Assembly (NCBI GenBank): GCA_965203055.1
Contig: OZ241863.1
Coordinates: forward strand, 3,072,001 to 3,136,000
Direction of reading: 5' to 3'
DNA length: 64,000 bases
Source of the DNA: Spirochaetia bacterium
GTDB taxonomy: Bacteria > Spirochaetota > Spirochaetia > SZUA-6 > Bin103
How positions within the stretch are numbered: the stretch's first letter is position 1; each line of letters starts with the position of its first letter. The notes under the pieces are model-generated. The model worked only from the letters and a program-made list of their open reading frames with translations, was not told where the DNA came from and did not search any database. Below are positions 1 through 10,414 of the stretch, one piece after another. The translations under genes and the position numbers were made by a program.

Positions 1-1194
1 TGGCACCAGCGCGTGTGCCTGGCCCGGAGCCGCGACGGCTACACGTGGGAAAAGCCGCGCCTCGGGCTGGTGGAGTACCGCGGTTCCCGGCGCAACAACC
101 TGGTGGACATGCTCGGCGGCGAGCACTCCATCGTCGCCTGCGTGGTGTACCACGACCCCGGCGATCCCGACCCCGAACGGCGCTTCAAGGCGGTGATCGA
201 AGTCAAGGGCCGCGGCCAACAGTTCGGGGCGCTGTTCTCCGCCGACGGCCTGCGCTGGCGCGAGTACGAGCTCGGTTCCGCCGCGCCGCATTGCGAGCCC
301 ACCGGCGGCATCAAGTTCAACGGCTGCTACTACCTCAGCGGCCACGGAGGCAGCCACTTCGGCGCGCCGCGCCAGTTGGTGACCTACGTCTCATACGACT
401 TTGAGCACTGGATCGAAGCCTCGTGCCGGGGCCTGCAGCGGGACGACGTTCCCCCGCGGCCCTGCCGGGAGACGTTCGCGGGCGGCGAGCAGGTCCACGT
501 CGGCGCGGGGTTGTGGAACCGGGGCAACGTGATCCTCGGGCTGTACGGGCAGTGGCACGGTCCCGCCAATGACGACCGCCGCCACGTGGAGATGGACCTG
601 GGGCTGGTGGTGAGCATCGACGGGCTGCACTACAGCGAGCCGATCCCCGATTTTCCCATGGTGGCCGCGGCCGAGGACGGCATGCACCACCTGCCGCAGC
701 CGTGGCAGTTCAAGCACCCCGCCCTGGTGCAGGGGCAGGGGTTCGAGAATCTAGGCGACGAGACCCTGTTCTGGTACGCGCCGTGGCCGGAGCAGTTGAG
801 CGACGGCGTGCGCATCGCCTCCTGGCAGCGCGACCGCCTCGGCTACCTGCAGCCGTTCGACCGCCGGCAGTTGCAGATTCCGAACGGCTGCCACGTGATC
901 TCCGCTCCCATCGACCTGGGCGGCCGCCCGGCGCAGGTCGCCTTGAACGTCGCCGGCCTCTCGCAGTACGCGCAGGTGACGGTCGAGGTGCTGGATGAAC
1001 GGTTCCGCCCGGTGGACGGCTACTCGCACCGCGACTGCCGGCCTCTCGAGTCGGGCCTCAAGCAACCGGTCACTTGGCGCGGCCACGCCGTCGTGGACGG
1101 GACCGGCGGGCCGATTCGGCTACGGGTGAACTACGCCGGAATCCGCCCCGAGGACCCGCAACTGTACGCCATCTACGTCGAACCGGCCGCGTAA
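1..1194 (+). CDS. Putative five-bladed beta-propeller glycoside hydrolase-like protein, 5'-truncated by window edge
   Basis: The frame is open from base 1. Asp-box-like motifs (SRDGYTW, SADGLRW, SYDFEHW, SIDGLHY) and a C-terminal beta-sandwich-like tail (VTVEVLDE...GYS...VTW). Lies upstream of a sugar ABC operon. Confidence 0.6.
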   Translation, partial: WHQRVCLARSRDGYTWEKPRLGLVEYRGSRRNNLVDMLGGEHSIVACVVYHDPGDPDPERRFKAVIEVKGRGQQFGALFSADGLRWREYELGSAAPHCEPTGGIKFNGCYYLSGHGGSHFGAPRQLVTYVSYDFEHWIEASCRGLQRDDVPPRPCRETFAGGEQVHVGAGLWNRGNVILGLYGQWHGPANDDRRHVEMDLGLVVSIDGLHYSEPIPDFPMVAAAEDGMHHLPQPWQFKHPALVQGQGFENLGDETLFWYAPWPEQLSDGVRIASWQRDRLGYLQPFDRRQLQIPNGCHVISAPIDLGGRPAQVALNVAGLSQYAQVTVEVLDERFRPVDGYSHRDCRPLESGLKQPVTWRGHAVVDGTGGPIRLRVNYAGIRPEDPQLYAIYVEPAA

Positions 1195-1437
1195 CCGGCG
1201 GCGCGCTGCCGCGCCCGCCAGCCGCTTGTGCCGGTTGCGCGTCGGCCCGCCCTGTCGGGAGCCCGCCGGTTCAGCGGGGCGGCGGACTTCCGGCGGCAGT
1301 GACGAGCAGTGACGGGCGCTTCCTTGCGGGGGGCCGGGGGCGGTGGTAGGGTGGACCGATGGGGCCGTGCAGCGGCGCCGGCCCGCGAGTGGGATGGGCA
1401 GCCGCCGGCAGCAGGTCCGTAAGCAAGGAGTCAGAAA

Positions 1438-3120
1438 ATGTATCGCATCAAGACCACTATCGGGTTCGTACTGGCCGGGCTGCTGCTGGCGCCGGCGGCG
1501 GGGTTGCTGGCCAGCGGCCAGGAGGAGGCGGCGGGCGCGGCCGCGGGCGCCGTTCCGCCCGGTTACTTCGGCACCTACGAGCCGGCCATCGACATGGAGT
1601 GGATCAAGAGCACTTGGCAGGGCGCGCGCGAGGCGGTCAACAACAAGCTCAACCCGGCCACCGGGGAGACTTTCGAGGACAACCGCTGGACGCGGGCGAT
1701 GCGTGACGAGCTGGGCATCAACGTCACCTACAAGTGGGTGGCGGACGGCTCCCAGGCGCAGGAGAAGCTGAAGCTGGCCATGGCATCGGGCGACCTGCCC
1801 GACGTCATCACCCTGGAGGGCGCCCAGCGCCTGGTGGACTTCCAGCAGCTCGCCGAGGCGGACCTGCTCGCCGACGTGACCGACCTGTGGGAGCAGTACG
1901 CGGCGCCGCTCACCAAGGAGGTGGTGGGCGCCGACGGGCAGGTGATCTTCGACGCGGTGAGCTACGACGGGCGCATGATGGGCATTCCCGGCCCCTCGGC
2001 GGGACTGGACACCTTCAGTTACTTCTGGGTGCGCCAGGACTGGCTGGACAACCTGGGGCTGGCGCCGCCGCGCACCACCGCCGAGCTGCTGGAGATGGCG
2101 CGCGCATTCACCCACGACGACCCGGACGGCAACGGCGAGGACGACACCTTCGCCATGATGCTGGACAAGTCGCTGTGGTATCGGTCGGAGGGGTTCTTCT
2201 GGTCGTTCGGAGCCTATCCCGACACCTGGCTGGAAGCTCCCGGCGGCGGCCTGACGTACGGCGCGCTGCAGCCGGAGGTGAAGGACGCGCTGGCCGCGCT
2301 GCGCGCCATGCACGCCGACGGCCAGCTCGACCCCGAGTGGGCGGTGAAGGACGGCGCCAAGGCGAACGAGGCGTTCGCGCGCAACGCCGTGGGCATCGCC
2401 TACGGCGGCCACTGGATCTCCTACGACTTCCTGCCCGGCTGGGAGAACGACGACAGCATCGACTGGAGCGTGTACCCGCAGCCGGGCGTGGACGGCACCC
2501 CGCCGAAGGGCGAGCTGGAGCTGGGCATGCAGCGCATCTACGCGGTGCGCAAGGAATATGAGCACCCGGAGGCGCTGCTGAAGGCATACAACCTGTACTG
2601 GGAGAAGCTGTACGGCGACACCGGCGACTACGAGTACTGGGGCAACGACGAGCACATGGACGGCATCTGGTGGATCGGGCCGTTCGCCGCCTTCCATCCG
2701 TGGGTCAACATCCCGCCCTACTACGACATCCAGGCGGTCTACGCCGGCACCAAGGACCCGGCGGAGCTTACCGGCGTGTCGCTGGACTACTACAACAACA
2801 CCGAGAACAACCCCCATCCGGCCCAGCAGTGGGCGTGGCAGGAGATGTTCAGCGATCCGGCGACCTCGCCGTTCGGCCACATTACCCGCCGGGTCGACGA
2901 AGGCAGCCTGTTCATCGACAACTTCGTCGGCGCGCCCACCCCGACCATGACCGACCGCTGGGGCACCCTGGAGGAACTGAAGATCACCACCTTCACCCGC
3001 ATCATCGTCGGCGACCTGGACCTGGATAGCGGCTTCGCGGAGTTCGTCGAGGACTGGCAGAAGCTGGGCGGCGACCGGATCACCCAAGAGGTGAGCGACT
3101 GGTACCGCGCCGGCCGCTAG
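1438..3120 (+). CDS. Carbohydrate ABC transporter solute-binding protein (LplA/aldouronate-like)
   Basis: SD AAGGAG at 1425-1430, signal peptide, KLKLAMASGDLPD and WVRQDWLDNLGL..P.T motifs, DPDGNGEDDT loop. Followed by two CUT1 permeases. Confidence 0.9.
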   Translation: MYRIKTTIGFVLAGLLLAPAAGLLASGQEEAAGAAAGAVPPGYFGTYEPAIDMEWIKSTWQGAREAVNNKLNPATGETFEDNRWTRAMRDELGINVTYKWVADGSQAQEKLKLAMASGDLPDVITLEGAQRLVDFQQLAEADLLADVTDLWEQYAAPLTKEVVGADGQVIFDAVSYDGRMMGIPGPSAGLDTFSYFWVRQDWLDNLGLAPPRTTAELLEMARAFTHDDPDGNGEDDTFAMMLDKSLWYRSEGFFWSFGAYPDTWLEAPGGGLTYGALQPEVKDALAALRAMHADGQLDPEWAVKDGAKANEAFARNAVGIAYGGHWISYDFLPGWENDDSIDWSVYPQPGVDGTPPKGELELGMQRIYAVRKEYEHPEALLKAYNLYWEKLYGDTGDYEYWGNDEHMDGIWWIGPFAAFHPWVNIPPYYDIQAVYAGTKDPAELTGVSLDYYNNTENNPHPAQQWAWQEMFSDPATSPFGHITRRVDEGSLFIDNFVGAPTPTMTDRWGTLEELKITTFTRIIVGDLDLDSGFAEFVEDWQKLGGDRITQEVSDWYRAGR

Positions 3121-3140
3121 CGCCGCGCGGCGCCGAGCAA

Positions 3141-3183
3141 CGCCGCTGAACCGGGGGCCGCCGCCGGCCCCGGTTCGGCGGCG
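3141..3183 (+). terminator. Strong GC-rich stem-loop after the SBP gene (mRNA stabiliser or partial terminator)
   Basis: Inverted repeat cgccgctgaaccgggg...cccggttcggcggcg with no U-tract. Confidence 0.55.
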
Positions 3184-3248
3184 CGGCCGCAACCCCGCGG
3201 CCCGCCCGCCGCACCTCGCACCCAGCGCCCGGCACCCAAGAGAATCCC

Positions 3249-4148
3249 GTGGCTTCCCGACGCGCCAACACGCTGCCCTATCACCTGATGCTGCTGCCCG
3301 GCGTCGTGCTGGTGCTGGTCTTCTCCTACGTTCCGATCTACGGCGTCATCATTGCCTTTCAGCGCTTCATCCCGGCGCGCGGCATGTTCGGGGATCAGAC
3401 CTGGCTGGGGCTGGGCAACTTCGAGTACCTGCTCGCCCTGCCGACGGTGTGGCAGGTGTTCGCCAACACCCTGATCATCGCCATCCTCAAGATTGCCGGC
3501 GGCACCGTGCTGCCGATCGTGGTTTCGCTGCTCCTCAACGAGGTGCGCAGCCGGCTGTTCCGGCGCACCGTGCAGACCATCATCTACTTTCCCTACTTCA
3601 TCTCCTGGATCGTGTTCGGCGGCATCATGGTGGACCTGCTGTCGCCCGACGGCGGCATGGTGAATCAGGTGATCGCCGCGTTCGGCTTCGCGCCGGCCTA
3701 CTTTCTGGGGGACGTCGAGTTGTTCCGCGGCACGCTGGTGGTCACCGACGTGTGGAAGACCTTCGGCTTCGTCACGGTGATCTACCTGGCGGCCATCACC
3801 TCGATCGACCCGACCCTGTACGAGGCGGCGTCGATCGACGGCGCCGGGCGCTGGCAGAAGGCGTGGCGCATCACCCTGCCGGGCATGGGCATGGTGATCG
3901 TCCTGCTGATGGTGCTCAACCTGGGCAACATCCTCAACGCCGGCTTCGAGCAGGTGTTCGTGCTGTACAGCCCGCTGGTGTACCAGACCGGCGACATCAT
4001 CGATACCCTGGTCTACCGCCTCGGCCTGCTGCAGGCGCAGTTCGGCGTGGCCACCGCGGTGGGGCTGCTCAAGGGCGTGATCTCGTTCGCCCTGATTTCC
4101 GCCTCCTACTACGTCGCCTACCGGTTCTTCTCCTACCGGCTGTTCTGA
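3249..4148 (+). CDS. Carbohydrate ABC transporter permease (LplB-like)
   Basis: Multiple TM helices, EAA loop LYEAASIDGAGRW, QTIIYFPYFISW. Confidence 0.92.
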   Translation: MASRRANTLPYHLMLLPGVVLVLVFSYVPIYGVIIAFQRFIPARGMFGDQTWLGLGNFEYLLALPTVWQVFANTLIIAILKIAGGTVLPIVVSLLLNEVRSRLFRRTVQTIIYFPYFISWIVFGGIMVDLLSPDGGMVNQVIAAFGFAPAYFLGDVELFRGTLVVTDVWKTFGFVTVIYLAAITSIDPTLYEAASIDGAGRWQKAWRITLPGMGMVIVLLMVLNLGNILNAGFEQVFVLYSPLVYQTGDIIDTLVYRLGLLQAQFGVATAVGLLKGVISFALISASYYVAYRFFSYRLF

Positions 4149-5053
4149 TGGCTCGCAGCGCGCGTTCCCGGCGCCGGCAGCGCCCGCGGCTGCCGCTGTT
4201 CGCCCTGGTCAACGGCAGCGTGCTGGCGCTGTTCGCCGCGGCCTGCCTGTTTCCGATGGTGCACGTGGCGGCGGTGTCGTTCAGCACCCGCGCCAAGGCG
4301 CTGGCCGGCGAGGTGGTGTTCTGGCCGCGCGGCTTCAACACCGCCTCCTACGCCTGGGTGCTGCTGCAGAGCGGGTTCTGGACCTCGCTGTGGGTGTCGG
4401 CGCAGCGCATGGCGGCGGGAATCGCGATCAACGTGGTCCTCGTGCTGCTGCTGGCCTTCCCGCTGTCCAAGGAGAAGCACGAGTTCCCGGCGCGCGCCTG
4501 GTACGTGTGGTTCTTCTTCTTCACCATGCTGTTCGAGGGCGGGCTGATCCCGTTGTACATGACGGTGGCGGGGCTTGGCCTGCTGGATACCATCTGGGCG
4601 CTGGTGCTGCCGCGCGGGGTGCAGGTGTTCCTGGTGCTGCTGATGCTCAACTTCTTCCGCCAGGTGCCGCGCGAGCTGCAGGATGCCGCGGAGATCGACG
4701 GCGCCGGCAAGTGGCGCATCCTGTGGCAGGTGTACGTGCCGGTGTCGCTGCCGGCCATCGCCACCATCACCCTGTTCTCCGGGGTGTTCCACTGGAACTC
4801 CTGGTTCGACGGCCTGATCTACGCCAACCACCCGCGGCGCTACCCGCTGCAGACCTACCTGCAGATTCTGCTGCGCGGCGACATCCTGTCGCAGGCGGCG
4901 TCGCTGAGCGAGATCTCGGAGATCTACCACCTGTCCAACCGCACGGTGCGGTCGGCGTACATCGTCATCGGCATCGTGCCGATTCTGGCGCTGTACCCGT
5001 TCCTGCAGCGCTACTTCGTCAAGGGCATCGTGATCGGCAGCGTGAAGGGGTAG
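4148..5053 (+). CDS. Carbohydrate ABC transporter permease (LplC-like)
   Basis: ATG at 4148 overlaps the upstream TGA (TGATG). EAA loop ELQDAAEIDGAG, HWNSWFDG, C-terminal QRYFVKGIVIGSVKG. Confidence 0.92.
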   Translation: MARSARSRRRQRPRLPLFALVNGSVLALFAAACLFPMVHVAAVSFSTRAKALAGEVVFWPRGFNTASYAWVLLQSGFWTSLWVSAQRMAAGIAINVVLVLLLAFPLSKEKHEFPARAWYVWFFFFTMLFEGGLIPLYMTVAGLGLLDTIWALVLPRGVQVFLVLLMLNFFRQVPRELQDAAEIDGAGKWRILWQVYVPVSLPAIATITLFSGVFHWNSWFDGLIYANHPRRYPLQTYLQILLRGDILSQAASLSEISEIYHLSNRTVRSAYIVIGIVPILALYPFLQRYFVKGIVIGSVKG

Positions 5054-5056
5054 AGA

Positions 5057-6184
5057 TTACTGGTAGGGATCGGCGGCGTCGCGCAGGCCGTCGCCGACGA
5101 AGCTGAACATCAGCACGGCAACGACCACGAAGATCCCCGGAATGAGCTGCCAGGAGCGCTGCGCCACCGCCGCCAGGTCCTGCGCTTCCTTCAGCAACAC
5201 CCCCCAACTGACCGCCGGCGGCTGCATGCCGAGGCCGAGAAAGCTGAGCGAGGTTTCGCCGAGGATGGTCTGCGGAATCGCCAGGGTGACGTGGACCACC
5301 AGGTAGCTGATGAAGTTGGGCAGCAGGTGGCGCACGATGGTCGCGGTTTCGGTGGAGCCGGCGATCTTGGCGGCGCGGATGAAGTCCTCCTCGCGCAGCG
5401 ACAGCAGCTTGCCGCGCACGATCCGCGCCAGGCCGGCCCAGCCCACCACCGCCAGCACGATGGTGATCGCGAAGTAGGTCTGGGTCACGCTCCAGTCGCG
5501 CGGTATGGCCGCGGCCAGGGCCATCCACAGCGGGATGGTGGGAATCGACAGCAGCACCTCGATGATGCGTTGAATCACCTCATCCACGGCGCCGCCGAAC
5601 ATGCCCGAGACGCCGCCGATCAGGCAGCCGAGCACGAAGCTCACGAACACCCCGCCGAAGCCGATCAGCAGCGAGATGCGCGCGCCGCTGATGGTGCGCG
5701 AGTAGACGTCCCGCCCCAGACGGTCGGTCCCGAACAGAAACACCGGCGCCCCCTCGGTGCCGAACAGACGCACCCGCGCCGGGATGAATCCCAGCAGCTC
5801 GTAGCGCTCGGTGCGCACGAAGAAGCGGATCGGGAAGCGCGCCGCGCGATCCTCGGTGAACTCCACCCGGAAGGTCTCGCGGTTCACGTTGCGTTCCAGG
5901 GCGTGCACGAAGGGACCCTGCAGGCCGGCGCCGGGAGCGAACCAGCGCACCGGCGTGGGGCGGGCGTTTTCGAATCCCTCGAAGCGGGCGAGGGTGTCGT
6001 AGGGCGAGAAGAACTCGGCGAACAGCGCCACGCCGTACATCACCGCCAGCACCGCGATGCCGGTCAGGGCCAGGCGGTGGCGGCGAAAGCGCCACCAGAT
6101 CAGTTGCCCCTGGGAGGCGTATTCCAGCCGCTCCAGGCGGCGCGCGCGGCGCAGGTCGGCGCGCGCCGCCGGCGCCTCAGCCAT
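5057..6184 (-). CDS. Dpp/Opp-type ABC permease (DppC/OppC-like)
   Basis: FGTDRLGRD, REEDFIRAAKIAG, ETSLSFLGLG, GDGLRDAADP. Confidence 0.92.
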   Translation of the reverse strand: MAEAPAARADLRRARRLERLEYASQGQLIWWRFRRHRLALTGIAVLAVMYGVALFAEFFSPYDTLARFEGFENARPTPVRWFAPGAGLQGPFVHALERNVNRETFRVEFTEDRAARFPIRFFVRTERYELLGFIPARVRLFGTEGAPVFLFGTDRLGRDVYSRTISGARISLLIGFGGVFVSFVLGCLIGGVSGMFGGAVDEVIQRIIEVLLSIPTIPLWMALAAAIPRDWSVTQTYFAITIVLAVVGWAGLARIVRGKLLSLREEDFIRAAKIAGSTETATIVRHLLPNFISYLVVHVTLAIPQTILGETSLSFLGLGMQPPAVSWGVLLKEAQDLAAVAQRSWQLIPGIFVVVAVLMFSFVGDGLRDAADPYQ

Positions 6185-7175
6185 CGCCGGCCCCCAGGCG
6201 GATGCGCGGGTCGAGCCAGGCCAGGCAGATGTCGGAGATCAGGGTGCCGATCACGGTGAGCGTGCCGAGGATCAGCACGATCGCCCCGGCCAGGAACATG
6301 TCCTGCGCCAGGGTGGCGCGCAGCAGCACCGGCCCGATGGTCTGCAGGTTGAGCACGATGCCGACGATCACCTGCCCGGAGATGAGCGACGGCAGCAGCC
6401 AGCCGATGGTGCTGAACACCGGATTCATGGCGATCCGGATCGGGTACTTGAACAGCAGATTGCGCTCGCTCACCCCCTTGGCGCGCGCCGTGATCACGTA
6501 CTGCTTGCGCAGCTCATCCAGCAGGGTGCCGCGCAGCACCCGGATCAGCCCCGCGGTGCCGGCCAGCCCGATGATGATCACCGGCAGCCACACGTTCTTG
6601 AGCAGGTCCAGCAGCTTGGCCCACGACCACGGGGCATCCACGAACTCCAGCGAGAACAGGCCGGTAATGGCCCAGCCGGTGACGTCGTAGATCACCCAGC
6701 TCGTCACCAGCGCCACCAGGAACTGCGGCATCGACAGGCCGATGAAGCCGATCAGGGTGAACAGGTAGTCGAACCAAGTGTACTGGTTGGTGGCCGACAC
6801 CACCGCGATCGGAATCGCGAGCAGCCAGACGAAGAACAGACTGGAGATGGAGATCGCCAGGGTGGTGGGCAGGCGCTCGGCGATCACCTCGTTGACCCGC
6901 TTCTCCCACTGGAACGACCAGCCGAGGTCGCCCTGCAGCACGATCCCGGTCATCCAGCGGAAGTACTGCACGTGGATTGGCCGGTCCAGCCCGAACTGGG
7001 CCGTGAGGTTGGCCACTTCGGCGTCGTCGAGCTCCGCGCCCGACTCGCGCAGGGCGGCGATGTAGGTGGTCAGGTAGTCGCCCGGCGGAAGCTGGATCAC
7101 GGCGAAGGTCAGCACCGAGATCAGCAGCAGCAGCGGGACCATGATGGTCAGGCGGCGCGTGATGAAGCGAACCAC
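6177..7175 (-). CDS. Dpp/Opp-type ABC permease (DppB/OppB-like)
   Basis: PPGDY, GLDRP..QY, GDLGWS, YVITARAKG, LDPRIR. Confidence 0.92.
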   Translation of the reverse strand: MVRFITRRLTIMVPLLLLISVLTFAVIQLPPGDYLTTYIAALRESGAELDDAEVANLTAQFGLDRPIHVQYFRWMTGIVLQGDLGWSFQWEKRVNEVIAERLPTTLAISISSLFFVWLLAIPIAVVSATNQYTWFDYLFTLIGFIGLSMPQFLVALVTSWVIYDVTGWAITGLFSLEFVDAPWSWAKLLDLLKNVWLPVIIIGLAGTAGLIRVLRGTLLDELRKQYVITARAKGVSERNLLFKYPIRIAMNPVFSTIGWLLPSLISGQVIVGIVLNLQTIGPVLLRATLAQDMFLAGAIVLILGTLTVIGTLISDICLAWLDPRIRLGAGDG

Positions 7176-7234
7176 GTTGGTTTTGAGTTACCGGCCTCCG
7201 CCCGGCGGCAGCCGCGCGGAGGCAGCTTCACGCA

Positions 7235-7265
7235 CGGGGCGGGCGCGCGGCGCGCGCCCGCCCCG
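7235..7265 (-). terminator. Perfect 14-bp GC stem-loop between the SBP and dppB-like gene
   Basis: cggggcgggcgcgc (7235-7248) pairs with gcgcgcccgccccg (7252-7265). Confidence 0.55.
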
Positions 7266-7300
7266 CATCACGGTGCCGTCGAGATGCGGCAGGATGCCTC

Positions 7301-9250
7301 CTACTCGAAGAAGAACTGCTCGGCCGCGAACCAGGTGGCCGACGACTTGCCGGACACCGCCAGATTGCCCAGGTTCTCGGGAATGATCACCGGCCCCACC
7401 ACGTCGCGCGCCAGCGGGAACATCGGGACGTGGGTGTTCATCCAGGTGCTGAACGCGTCCACCGCCTGCATCGCCTGGTCGGAGGTGGGCAGCTCCGCGG
7501 TGAAGGTGCCGTACAGATCGTACAGTTCCTTGATCCAGACCGGCGGTTCCTCGCCCTGCGCGCCGCCGGTTCCCAGCCAGCTATGCCAGCCCTGGCCCCA
7601 GCGCGACCGCGTGTTGGGCAGGTAGTCCACCATCAGGATCGGCCAGTTCACGTCGTCCAGCCAGGACAGCGTGGCGTAGAGCTGGCCGGCGTCGCGGCGC
7701 TCGATCCAGAGTTGGCGCGCGATCAGCTTCATCGGCGTGCGGATGCCCACCGCTTCCAGGTCGGCGGTGATCAACTCGCCCATCTTCTCCCAGTCGGCGG
7801 CGCCTTCGATAATCTCGAACACGAGCTGGAACTGCTCGCCGTCGGGGCCGAGGCGGAATCCGTCGGCGTCCTTCCGGTCCAGGCCGATCTCGTCCAGGAT
7901 GCGGTTCGCCTCCGCCGGGTCGTAGTCCGGCTTGATCCACGGGTTGGGCTCGCCCAGGCCGAGGAACATCACGTCGATGATGTTCTGGTAGTTGATCGCC
8001 TTGTTGACGGCATGCCGGAAGCGCGGGTTCCACACCACCTCGCGCCACGTCTCGTCGGGATTCAGGTAGTTCAGAAACAGCGCCACCGGAGCGTTGTGGT
8101 ACACCAGGTTGGTGTACACCCGGTATCCGCCGCGCTCCTCGTTCTCCTTGAGCAGCGGCACCTTGTCGTGGGCGATCAGGTCGCGGTTCAGGTTGACGTC
8201 GCCGGCGATCACCTTGAGCGGGATGTTCTCCGCCTTGGCCACGATCACCGACTCGTAGCGGTCGACGTAGGGGAGCTGATTGCCGGCCGCGTCCACCTTG
8301 TAGTAGTAGGGGTTGCGCTCCATCACCATCAGGTCCTGCGGCGAGTCGACCCGCACCCACGGTCCCAGGGTGGGGAAGCCGGCGGCCTCGCTGCGCATGT
8401 TCTCGTGCCACAGAATGTCCTTCTGCAGGAACAGGCGGTGCCATTCATCGCTCTCCAGGCCCGCTTCCCGGAGGTTGGCGGCCAGGGTGGCGGCGTCGGC
8501 GTGGTTCTTGTGGTACTGCATCAGCACGTGGCGCGGCTTGAGCAGCTCGTTGTAACCGCCCCACAGCGCCCCTACGCCCATCGCGATCACGAACCGGCCG
8601 TACTGCCGGTCGAAGCTGATGCGGAAGGCGTGATCGTCGACGATCTCGAACGTCATCGGCGTGCCGTCGGGCTGGCCCGCGGCCTTGTAGCGCGCAGGCA
8701 GCGCCGGCGTCAGGGCGTCGACGAACAACACGTCCTCTACCGCGAAGCGCATGTCCTCGGTGGTGATCGGCGTGCCGTCCGACCACTTCAACCCGCGCCG
8801 CAGGGTGAAGGTGAACACCCGATTGTCGGCGTCCACCTCGAAGCTCTCCGCCACGTTGCCCATGATCGGCGCCACGGTATGCGCCGGGCTCATCAGGAAG
8901 TGCTCCATGGCCGCGTCGCGCAGGTTCCAGTCCAGCTCGGGATTGGCGGTCACCGAACGCAGCGTGCCGCCGTACTTGCCAATCTCGACCGTGAGATCCT
9001 CCGCCCGCACCATGGTGCCGGTGGTGACCACCAGCGGATTTTCGGGCAGCCGCTCCTCTACCGGCGGCAGTTCGCCCGCCGCCACCATCGCGGCCAGGGC
9101 CGGCGCCTCGCCGAACGCGCCGCGTTCCATGGTCGCCGCGCCGGTGGCCGCGGCCGCGCCCTCCTCGCCCTCGCCGCCGGCCCAGGCGACCAGCGCCGGC
9201 GCCGCGCCGAGCAGCGCTGCGCATACGATCCGAATGAACGATCGTGACAT
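7301..9250 (-). CDS. Family 5 ABC solute-binding protein (probably oligosaccharide-binding subtype)
   Basis: Signal peptide, GELPPVEERLPENP, LRRGLKWSDG.PIT.ED, ERNPYYYKVD..GNQLPY. SD AGGAGG-like upstream. Confidence 0.9.
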   Translation of the reverse strand: MSRSFIRIVCAALLGAAPALVAWAGGEGEEGAAAATGAATMERGAFGEAPALAAMVAAGELPPVEERLPENPLVVTTGTMVRAEDLTVEIGKYGGTLRSVTANPELDWNLRDAAMEHFLMSPAHTVAPIMGNVAESFEVDADNRVFTFTLRRGLKWSDGTPITTEDMRFAVEDVLFVDALTPALPARYKAAGQPDGTPMTFEIVDDHAFRISFDRQYGRFVIAMGVGALWGGYNELLKPRHVLMQYHKNHADAATLAANLREAGLESDEWHRLFLQKDILWHENMRSEAAGFPTLGPWVRVDSPQDLMVMERNPYYYKVDAAGNQLPYVDRYESVIVAKAENIPLKVIAGDVNLNRDLIAHDKVPLLKENEERGGYRVYTNLVYHNAPVALFLNYLNPDETWREVVWNPRFRHAVNKAINYQNIIDVMFLGLGEPNPWIKPDYDPAEANRILDEIGLDRKDADGFRLGPDGEQFQLVFEIIEGAADWEKMGELITADLEAVGIRTPMKLIARQLWIERRDAGQLYATLSWLDDVNWPILMVDYLPNTRSRWGQGWHSWLGTGGAQGEEPPVWIKELYDLYGTFTAELPTSDQAMQAVDAFSTWMNTHVPMFPLARDVVGPVIIPENLGNLAVSGKSSATWFAAEQFFFE

Positions 9251-9441
9251 AGGTCAGGGTTCCTCCTTGAGGTAGTAATTGAGTGAGTGACAGTTAAAGC
9301 CTGCCGCTCCGCATCTGGTCAAGCTGCCGCCCCTCCACTATCATCCGGGGACCGTGCCGGGACTAGCCAGGTGAACTCAATGCGCAACAAGCCTATGACC
9401 GCAGCCCCGGGAGTGCGGCCCCTGCGCCGGGCGGCCCGGGC

Positions 9442-10410
9442 GTGAGCGCCGGCCACGCGGCGGCGCATCCCCGGGTGGCCGCGGCGGCGCGGCCGCGGTT
9501 GCTGCTGCGCCTGTATCAGCACCGCGTCAGCTATCTGCTGCTGCTGCCGGCGCTGGCGGCGGTCACCATCTTCGCCTACCGCACCTACCCCTGGGTGTTG
9601 ATGTCGTTCCAGGACTTCACCTTCAAGCGCGGCCTGCTCGGCAGCGACTGGGTCGGCCTGCTCCACTTCCGGGAGATGTTCGCCAACCCGGTGTTCTACC
9701 GCGCGGTGCGCAACACTCTGGTAATAAACTTCCTCACCTTCCTGGTGGGCATTCCCGCGCCGATCATCTTCGCGCTGCTGCTCAACGAACTGCGCCAGCG
9801 GCTGTTCAAGCGGGTTACCCAGACCATCACCTATCTGCCCCACTTCCTTTCCTGGGTGATTACCGCCGGTCTGTTCTATCAACTGCTCAACGTCGATACC
9901 GGCCTGATCAACCTCGCCATCCGCGGCCTGGGGCTGCAGCCGGTGGCGTTCTTCCGCGAGCCCGAGCTGTTCTGGCCGATCATGGTGGGCGTCTCGATAT
10001 GGAAGGAGGTGGGCTGGACTTCGATCATCTATCTCGGCGCGCTGTCGGCGATCAACGCCGAGCTGTACGAGGCCGCCACCATCGACGGCGCCAACCGCTG
10101 GCAGCAGGTGTGGCACGTCACGGTGCCGGGCTTGCTGGGCACCATGGCGGTGGTGCTGATCCTCACTGCCGGTCAGATCATCCGCGGCGGCGGCATCATT
10201 CCGGACTTCGAGGCCATCTTCAACATGCGCAATCCGCTGGTGGCGATGCGCTCCGATACCGTCGCGGTGCATACCTACCTGGAGGGAGTGCTGCACTCGC
10301 GCTACGCCTACGGCACCGCGGTGGGGCTGGCCGAGTCGGTGTTCGCACTGGTGGCGGTGGTGTCCGCCAACTGGTTGGCCAAGCGGTTCCGCGGTTCGGG
10401 GGTGTTCTAA
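9442..10410 (+). CDS. Carbohydrate ABC transporter permease (LplB-like)
   Basis: QTITYLPHFLSW, LYEAATIDGANRW. Start codon uncertain. Confidence 0.88.
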   Translation: MSAGHAAAHPRVAAAARPRLLLRLYQHRVSYLLLLPALAAVTIFAYRTYPWVLMSFQDFTFKRGLLGSDWVGLLHFREMFANPVFYRAVRNTLVINFLTFLVGIPAPIIFALLLNELRQRLFKRVTQTITYLPHFLSWVITAGLFYQLLNVDTGLINLAIRGLGLQPVAFFREPELFWPIMVGVSIWKEVGWTSIIYLGALSAINAELYEAATIDGANRWQQVWHVTVPGLLGTMAVVLILTAGQIIRGGGIIPDFEAIFNMRNPLVAMRSDTVAVHTYLEGVLHSRYAYGTAVGLAESVFALVAVVSANWLAKRFRGSGVF

Positions 10411-10414
10411 GACG

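Noticed and set aside
1120..3192. Long antisense and alternate-frame ORFs (e.g. 1120-3192, 7430-9247, 27621-29579, 33220-35553)
   Set aside because: They are shadows of real genes caused by high-GC codon bias and carry no recognisable motifs.
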